Assembly (NCBI GenBank): GCA_964016885.1
Contig: CAXHJY010000855.1
Coordinates: forward strand, 1 to 50,921
Length of the DNA: 50,921 bases
Direction: 5' to 3'
DNA from: Eledone cirrhosa
Lineage: Eukaryota
Below the pieces are notes generated by a model, which saw only the letters and a list, made by a program, of their open reading frames with translations, was not told the origin of the DNA and ran no database searches. The first letter of the stretch is position 1; every line of letters starts with the position of its first letter. Of the stretch, positions 41,303 to 50,921 are shown one piece after another. The translations under genes were made by a program, and so were the position numbers.

Positions 41303-41582
41303 ATATAAGTATGTATGTATATATGTATATATATATATGTAGGTATATATGTATGTATGTATGTATGTATATGTATGTATGTATATCTGTATATATATAT
41401 ATATGTAGGTATATATATATATTTCTCGCACGTTCCAATATTCCGGTATAGTGTGACAAAAGAGTCAAAACAGTCCAACGAACTCCCGCGCTTTAACAGA
41501 ACCACGTGATCAACTGCCAGTCTACTTTCACTTTTAAGCAGCCATATTGTCATCTCACTTATCTCCCGTCTTACCTTATTCC

Positions 41583-41679
<97 letters not shown>

Positions 41680-41738
41680 GGGGGAGAGAGGATATATACA
41701 CACATATACAATGAGTGTATATGTATGTACATGTTTGC

Positions 41739-41778
<40 letters not shown>

Positions 41779-41793
41779 GTATGCATATATATG

Positions 41794-41923
<130 letters not shown>

Positions 41924-42510
41924 TATGTATATATATATATACATATATGTATATATATATATATATATATACATATATATACATGTTCTTTATTATTTGT
42001 CTAACAGCTTCAGTGTTATGTACGGATCTCTTCCAAAATGCTTTCCACTCGTTTCGCGCCAATGAAGTTACTTTAGGCAAATAGCACACATACATACATA
42101 TATATATACACATACATACATATATATATACACATACATACATATATATACACACATACATACATATATATATATACACATACACACATATATACATATA
42201 TATATACACATACATATATATACACATACATATATATATACACATATACATACACATATATATATATATATATATATACATGTATATATACACACACATC
42301 ACACACCACACGCCGCCTCTCTCTCATACACACACCACCTCACATACACACACATACAGGCTCTCTCTCTCTCTCTCTCTCACACACACTGTCCCTCTCT
42401 CACACGCATACATAGTCTCACAGTCTTTCACACACAAACACATACGCATGGTCTGTCTGTCTCTCTCTCTCGCTCGCTCTCTCTCTCTGTCTCTCACCCA
42501 CCCACACACA

Positions 42511-42573
<63 letters not shown>

Positions 42574-42616
42574 TCTGTCTCACCCACATACAGTTTCTCA
42601 CATACCCACATAATTC

Positions 42617-43190
42617 GCATCGCCCAGTCCGAGAATCGAACTCGCAACCTCACGCTTGCCAATCCACTTTTTTAACCACTGACCTACTGGTCGTAATTGA
42701 TAACAGAAAAAGCAATGTGAAATAAAGTGTCTTGCTCAAGGACACAACACATCGCCCAGGCCGAGAATCGAACTCGCAACCTCACGCTTGCCAATCCACT
42801 TTTTTAACCACTGACCTACTGGTCGTAATTGATAACAGAAAAAGCAATGTGAAATAAAGTGTCTTGCTCAAGGACACAACACATCGCCCAGGCCGAGAAT
42901 CGAACTCGCAACCTCACGCTTGCCAATCCACTTTTTTAACCACTGACCTACTGGTCGTAATTGATAACAGAAAAAGCAATGTGAAATAAAGTGTCTTGCT
43001 CAAGGACACAACACATCGCCCAGGCCGAGAATCGAACTCGCAACCTCACGATAGCTAATCCATTTTTCTAATTACAAATCTACTGGCTATAATTCATAGC
43101 AGAAAAAAAGCAATGTGAGGTAAAAGGTATTTTTAAGCACGCCGCAACGCACCACCCAGTCCGAGAATCGAACTCGCAACTTCACAATAT
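42617..43190 (-). repeat. Tandem array of 132-bp CORE-SINE head units (~4.3 copies)
   Basis: gagaatcgaactc (B box on minus) at 42631, 42763, 42895, 43027 and 43163. Units carry gtccttgagcaagacactt. Confidence 0.85.
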
Positions 43191-43301
43191 TAAGATCTGG
43201 CTGTATGAGAAAGTAGAGGAAAGGGCTATAAATGTTATAAATTACATACACATGTACATACACAAATGCAAATATACATACATGAGTTTACTGCTATTTA
43301 A

Positions 43302-43331
43302 TACCCGAGCAACGCTGGGTACCGCTGCTAG
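43302..43331 (+). mobile_element. Helitron-type 3' terminus
   Basis: Hairpin tACCCgAGCaacGCTGGGTa followed shortly by CTAG|T. The 5' end was not located. Confidence 0.6.
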
Positions 43332-43674
43332 TAAATGCTATAAATTAGAGGAAAATCAGAGGAAGACCAAGGACTCTTGGGTTAAACATAGAGAGAAAGA
43401 GAGAAACATTGGAAAGTACTATAAATGCCAGAAATTAGAGGAAAAGCAGGGGAAGAGCAAGGACTCTAGGGCCACAGAAGAAAGGGAGGGGAGAGCAAGG
43501 ACCCCAGGGCCACAGAAGAAAGGGGGTGGGAGGGTGGTGGTATCTGGGCCTCGTGTGGGTCGGGACGGTGTGGGGGAGAGGCGGTGTTTGGGCTGCACCC
43601 CCCGCGGTGTGAGTCCAATTCTCTAACCACTAAGCCACGTTTCTCAGGTATCCACAGAAGGTACGGCCCCTTTC

Positions 43675-44820
43675 TGGTGGTGGTGGGGGGTGGGTGGTGT
43701 AGTGATGTGATGGTGTGGTGGTAGTGTAATGGTATTGTAGTGGTGTGATGGTGTGGTAGTAGTGTAATGGTATTGTAGTGGTGGTGGTGGTGATGGTGGT
43801 GATGGTAGTGGTGTAATGGTATTGTAGTGGTGGTGGTGAAGCAGTGTGATGGTGTGGTGGTAGTGTAATGGTATTTTAGTGGTGGTGGTGATGTTGTTGT
43901 TGGTGTAGTAGTAGTGTAATGGTATTGTGGTGATGGTGGTGTGGTGGTGGTGATGGTAGTAGTGGTGATGGTGTGGTGTAGCTGCTGTAGATGGTGATGA
44001 TGGTGGTTGTGTGGTGGTGGTGTGGTGTAGCAGTGGTGCTGTAGTAGTGGTGATGGTAGTAGTGGTGGTGGTGTGGTGTTGGTGGTGTAGGAGTGGTGGT
44101 GTGGTAGTGGTGATGTGGTAGTGGTGGTGGTGTTGGTGGTGTAGCAGTGGTGGTGTGGTGTGGTGTCGTGTGGTGTACTATGCTGTTATTTAATAAAGCC
44201 AAGTCTCTATTCAACTCGGTCAACCATTGCAAATGGCGTGTCCGGACAACAGAGAGAGAAGATAATATATACCACCACCACTACTACTACTACCACTACC
44301 ACTACCATTGCTACTACCACTACCACTACCATTACCATTACCACTACTACTACCACTACTGCTACTACTACCACTACCACTACTACTACCACTACCACTA
44401 CTACTACCACTACCACCATCCACTACTACTACCACTACCACTACTACTACCACTACTACTACTACTACCACTACCACTACTACCACTACCACCATCCAGT
44501 ACTACTACCACTACTACCACCAATACCACTGACACTACTACTACTACCACCAATACCACTGACACTACTACTACTACTACCACCACTACCACTGACACTA
44601 CTACTACTACCACCAATACCACTGACACTACTACTACTACTACCACCACTACCACTGACACTACTACTACCACCACTACCACTACCACCACCACCAGTCA
44701 CACTGCCACCACCACTACCACTACCACTGAAAGACACTACCATCACCACCACTACCCCTACTACTAACAACATCACTACTACCACCACCACCACTACTAC
44801 TAACATCATCATCACCACAA
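43675..44820. repeat. Divergent (GTG/GTA)n and (CAC/TAC)n trinucleotide tracts
   Basis: Direct inspection. Similar tracts at 48960-49795. Confidence 0.9.
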
Positions 44821-44995
44821 GTACACACTCACAAGAACACATACCGGCACACACACACATATATATATACATACATCATCATCACCACAAGTACACATAC
44901 CGGCACACACACACACACATATATATATACACACATCATCATCACCACAAGTACACATACCGGCACAAACACACACACACACACACATACCGGCA

Positions 44996-45071
<76 letters not shown>

Positions 45072-45192
45072 CATACATTATCATCATAAAACAGACGTTA
45101 AATGATGAAGAAATATATAAGTATATAATATGTAAATACGTATATAATTATGTATACATTTCTGTATGTATATGAATATGTATATGTGCATA

Positions 45193-45260
<68 letters not shown>

Positions 45261-45603
45261 GCGAGGGAAAAGTGGTAAGGAACCAGGTGGACCATAACGC
45301 ACCAAAGTACTCAATACTTAGGGTAGTAGAGTGGGTAATAGGAGTAAGTAAGACCCCGACGGCTGAGCTCAAGCCGTTTCGACGGCTAATTCTGTATAGT
45401 ACACCACACGACACCACACCACACCACCAACACCACCACTACTACCATCACCACTACTACACAACCTCTGCTACACCACACCACCATCACACCACCACCA
45501 CTACCACATCACCACTACCACACCACCACTCCTACACCACCAACACCACAGAATTAGCCGTCGAAACGGCTTGAGCTCAGCCGTCGGGGTCTTACTTACT
45601 CCT
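45261..45603. mobile_element. Fold-back element family C, copy 2, with a ~150-bp captured loop
   Basis: Arms ~45340-45395 and ~45547-45603. Stem III ACGGC/GCCGT with a GUC triplet. Confidence 0.7.
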
Positions 45604-45604
45604 G

Positions 45605-45663
<59 letters not shown>

Positions 45664-45747
45664 ATGTTTGTATATGTATATATCTATATGTATATATGAA
45701 TGTATATGAATGTATATATGAATGTGTGTATGTGTATATGTATATGT

Positions 45748-45830
<83 letters not shown>

Positions 45831-45978
45831 CATTACTATGCACACACACACACACAAATATCAGTATATAGTATATATATACACACACACATATACATAT
45901 ATATATGAAAATAATGCATAAATATATTTATATATATGTATATATATATATATATATATGTATATACATATATATATA

Positions 45979-46029
<51 letters not shown>

Positions 46030-46183
46030 ATATATGTATATATGTGTGTCGCAGTGTGTGTATGTGTACATATCAACGTTTTTTAAAGGAGTTTGCCCCA
46101 GGATACAGTGTGAACGCGATAAAACTAAGCGAGGAGCGAACAAAAACAATTACCTCCATAACACAATAAATACATTTATAAAC

Positions 46184-46267
46184 TATTCGGTTGTAACATA
46201 AATTCCCGTCGTTCTCTTTATACAAAAGTTTTATAACAACGGCGGGAAGTTATGTTACAACCCAATA
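46184..46267. other. Imperfect ~84-nt hairpin, pre-miRNA-like
   Basis: tatt c ggttgtaacataa a ttcccgtcgtt ... aacggcgggaa g ttatgttacaacc c aata. Confidence 0.4.
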
Positions 46268-46342
46268 ATAACTAAAGAAAACTATCAATTGGAGGAGAAA
46301 ACTACACGCACACACACACACATATATATATATATATGTATG

Positions 46343-46421
<79 letters not shown>

Positions 46422-46457
46422 GTATATATATATGTATATATATATGTATATGTATAT

Positions 46458-46491
<34 letters not shown>

Positions 46492-46507
46492 ATATTGTAT
46501 GTATATG

Positions 46508-46633
<126 letters not shown>

Positions 46634-46778
46634 CATAGATACATATATATATATATATATATATATACATATTTATACATATATATACATATATATACAT
46701 ATATATATAGAGAGAGAGCGAAAGTGAGAGAGAGAGAGGGAGAGAGAGCGAAAGTGAGAGAGTGTGAGAGAGAGAGAG

Positions 46779-46832
<54 letters not shown>

Positions 46833-47094
46833 ACATTAAAAAACCTACATGCTTCCATGACGGATTAAAAACAAAAAAACTTTAACAACCCAAGTAAATA
46901 TAAAAAAACATGTCCTCCCTTCTGACATAAAATGAAAATATATAAAAAAACCTTTCATTTCCCGCCGATGGCCTTTGTTGACTGTTACAATGTCCCACGG
47001 TGGACGAAACGTTGTTGTTACTGTTGTTGTTGTTGTTAATGTTGTTGTTGTGGTTGTTGTTATGGTTGTTGTTACTGTTGTTGTTGTGGCAATG

Positions 47095-47174
<80 letters not shown>

Positions 47175-47207
47175 TACATATATACACATATATATATATA
47201 TACACAC

Positions 47208-47250
<43 letters not shown>

Positions 47251-47253
47251 TAC

Positions 47254-47288
<35 letters not shown>

Positions 47289-47347
47289 CATATATACATG
47301 TATATATACATATATGTATATATATACATATATACATATATATATAC

Positions 47348-47394
<47 letters not shown>

Positions 47395-47775
47395 CACACA
47401 CATATATATAGATACACACACACACACACACATACACACACCTATATATATACACACACACATACACACACATATATATATACACATACACACACATACA
47501 TACACACACACACACACATATATATATAATCACAAACAGGGAACAAAGAATCAATGTTGCATCATATTCATATTTAATTACACATTACATGTGTTTCACT
47601 GTCGATCAGCTCGAGGAACGATCGAATAATGTTCGTTCCTGACTCTGGAATGGCAAGCTCGTCAGATATGTGTTCTCACATGTAGAAGCTCATCCAACTG
47701 TTGTTGATACTCTGCTCCCCAAGTGTATCAAGCGTTCATCTTGGCATACCACCTGTGAACACAATTCAATTGCTA

Positions 47776-47844
<69 letters not shown>

Positions 47845-48214
47845 AATCAGGAAAGAAGAGTGACACGGTTTGCTATACAAAAAAGGTTTTTAATCTCATT
47901 GCTGACAATTGTTTCTCTGAACTGGTAGGTCTAGAGATCGCTATCCGCTTGTTTACGCGTTACTCGATCGCCAATACAAAATTATAACCAGTCAGTTAAT
48001 CGGAGCTCGCAAGCTCCGATGACCAGGCGATGCGTTATGTCCTTGAGCAAGACACTTTATTTCACCTTGCTTCTTCTACCTGGAGTTGCGACCGATAGAT
48101 AGTATTAGCAATTGGAAAGACCAACGGAAACATTGTTTCCTCGGTCCGATTTGACGAAAGTCGATCGATCCTTTTATATATATATATATGTCAAAATTTA
48201 TAAAACAAACTTTG

Positions 48215-48275
48215 TATTTTATCTGATGAAAGCGTACCAAAGTTTTGGTACCCTTGAAATATATATAATAGAATA
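48215..48275 (+). ncRNA. Type I hammerhead, family D
   Basis: UAUUUUAU-CUGAUGA-aagcGUACCAAAguUUUGGUACccuu-GAA-AUAUAUAU-A/AUAGAAUA. Confidence 0.72.
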
Positions 48276-48409
48276 AATATGGTTTTATAAACGTAGTTTC
48301 CATTTATTTAATATCATTGAATATATATATAGATATAATTACACACACACACACACACAGATACATATATATAGATAGATATAATTACACACACACACAC
48401 ACACACACG

Positions 48410-48457
<48 letters not shown>

Positions 48458-48493
48458 TAATTATATATATATATATATAATTACACACACACA

Positions 48494-48533
<40 letters not shown>

Positions 48534-48667
48534 CACACACACACACATATATATATATATATGTAATTACCTATATATATATATATATATATATTTACAT
48601 AAAACATTATATATATTTATGCACACACACATATATTCATATACATAAATACACGAGCACAGACAAC

Positions 48668-48834
48668 AAAATGGCGTCACACACATATAGAAACACAAAT
48701 ATACACCGGGACAGGGTTAGAGAGAGAGAGAGGGGGAAGCATCGTTAATTCTTCTTAGCGTCACCAACTCGTACCGGAAGTATGCATCTGCTCAACTATT
48801 CTCTCCATTGTCAGAGCCAGTGTAAACCGGAAGC
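48668..48834. promoter_or_regulatory. Candidate regulatory island with ETS sites
   Basis: ACCGGAAGT at 48773-48781, ACCGGAAGC at 48826-48834, and YY1-like AAAATGGCG at ~48668. Confidence 0.4.
48775..48808 (-). CDS. Candidate alternative first exon MERIVEQMHTS(D)
   Basis: acaATGG Kozak context and phase-1 donor CCG|gtacga, in a unique island with ETS and YY1-like motifs. Confidence 0.35.
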
Positions 48835-49863
48835 TGCTTGGAAGGTGCAAACCGCTGCCATTGCTGCCAGGGGGTTACAGGTCGAAGTACAGAGCGTTGA
48901 CAATTGCGAACATTTTACAAGCATCTGTTAATAGTAAGCTGTATGTAAACACTAACGTCACCACCAACACCCACAAGCACAACAAACAGCACCACCACCA
49001 AAACCAAGACCACCACCACCAAAACCATCACCACCACCACCACCACCACCACCACCACCACCACCACCACCACCACCACCACCAAGACCACCACCATCAC
49101 CATCACCATCACCATCACCATCACCACCACCACCACCACCACCAAGACCACCACCAAGACCACCACCATCACCATCACCATCACCACCACCACCACCAAC
49201 AAGACCACCACCAAGACCACCACCATCACCATCACCAACACCATCACCACAACCACTACCACCACCACCACCACCACCACCATCACCAAGACCACGAAGA
49301 CCACCAAGACCACAACCACCACCACCACCAAGACCACCAAGACCACCACCGCCACCACCACACCACCACCACCAAGACCACCACCACCACCACCACCACC
49401 ACCACCACCACCACCACCACCACCAAGACCACCACCATCACCACCACCACCACGACCACCACCACCACGACCACCAAGACCACCGCCGCCACCACCACCA
49501 CCACCACCACCACCAGCAGCAGCAACAACCAGCTGCTTGTCTTTCTTATTGCTGGTGGTGGTGGTGATGGTTGTGGTGGTGGTGGGATGCTGTACTTGGC
49601 GTTGATGTATTATCATTGTTGGTCATTGTTGGTGTTGTGGTTGGTGTTGTTGTTGGTGTTGTTGTTGGTGTTGTGGTTGGTGTTGTTGTTGATGTGGTTG
49701 GTGTTGTTGTTGTGGTTGGTGTTGTTGTTGTTGGTGTTGTGGTTGGTGTTGTTGTTGTTGATGTGGTTGGTGTTGTGGTTGGTGTTGTTGTTATTCTGCC
49801 AACTGGTATATTATCTCTGAACAAACTTCATAATCTATGCTGAAAGCACATGCCGATTATATA

Positions 49864-50012
<149 letters not shown>

Positions 50013-50027
50013 GTATATATATGTATA

Positions 50028-50198
<171 letters not shown>

Positions 50199-50232
50199 GT
50201 ACATATATATATATATCTATATGTATATATAT

Positions 50233-50334
<102 letters not shown>

Positions 50335-50340
50335 GTATAT

Positions 50341-50372
<32 letters not shown>

Positions 50373-50384
50373 GTACATATATAT

Positions 50385-50417
<33 letters not shown>

Positions 50418-50826
50418 GTATTGATTATACTATTTATGGTTATGCAAATACAAAAACCTTTTGTAGTTATATATATTTTTATAAACCCTAAATAGTGGTA
50501 GGCAGTAATGTATTACTACCTTATTACCAGTAAGTTAAATAGCTCAATGTAATAACATCAGATGATTTACAGAGCAGTTATATGAATTATAAGAATCAAA
50601 GAACTGTTCAAAACATTTTTTGCTTACAACTGTTTCCTCCAAACCGAGGTTTGGATTCTTCGGAGCAATTTATTATTGAATGAACACTTATATGACCTCC
50701 TTTTCACCCAAGAGACATACAGATACATATGCAAATATTGTGGGTCAACATTCATTACAGCATTTAGTGTGGCAGTACACATTTAGAGATTACATTCATA
50801 TTAAAAGATACAATCAAAAATACAGG

Positions 50827-50895
<69 letters not shown>

Positions 50896-50921
50896 GAAGG
50901 AAATGTGGTAAGGAACCAGAT

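Noticed and set aside
48861-49820. His-rich and Gly/Val-rich ORFs
   Set aside because: (CAC)n/(GTT)n repeats with no splice or domain support.

Overview
AT-rich animal genomic DNA dominated by (TA)n/(CA)n microsatellites. The SINE/LINE content suggests an octopod cephalopod, which is an inference. The window holds the 3' part of an ERG/FLI1-family ETS transcription factor gene on the minus strand. Four spliced phase-1 exons (37013-36960, 34957-34883, 2744-2697, 858-326) give ...[74 protein letters not shown]-[ETS domain]. No PNT-domain exon is visible. Instead, up to five ATG-initiated, phase-1-donor candidate alternative first exons lie in the unique islands. The introns contain a 79-copy 105-bp satellite, RTE, R4-like and probable Tx1 LINE remnants, CORE- and Nin-type SINEs and a Helitron 3' end. 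Most notably, they hold about 20 type I hammerhead-ribozyme motifs from at least seven sequence families. Most have palindromic stem III and sit in short, often fold-back, Penelope-pLTR-like elements embedded in (TA)n. Almost all long ORFs in the supplied track are microsatellite artefacts. All structures were folded by eye.
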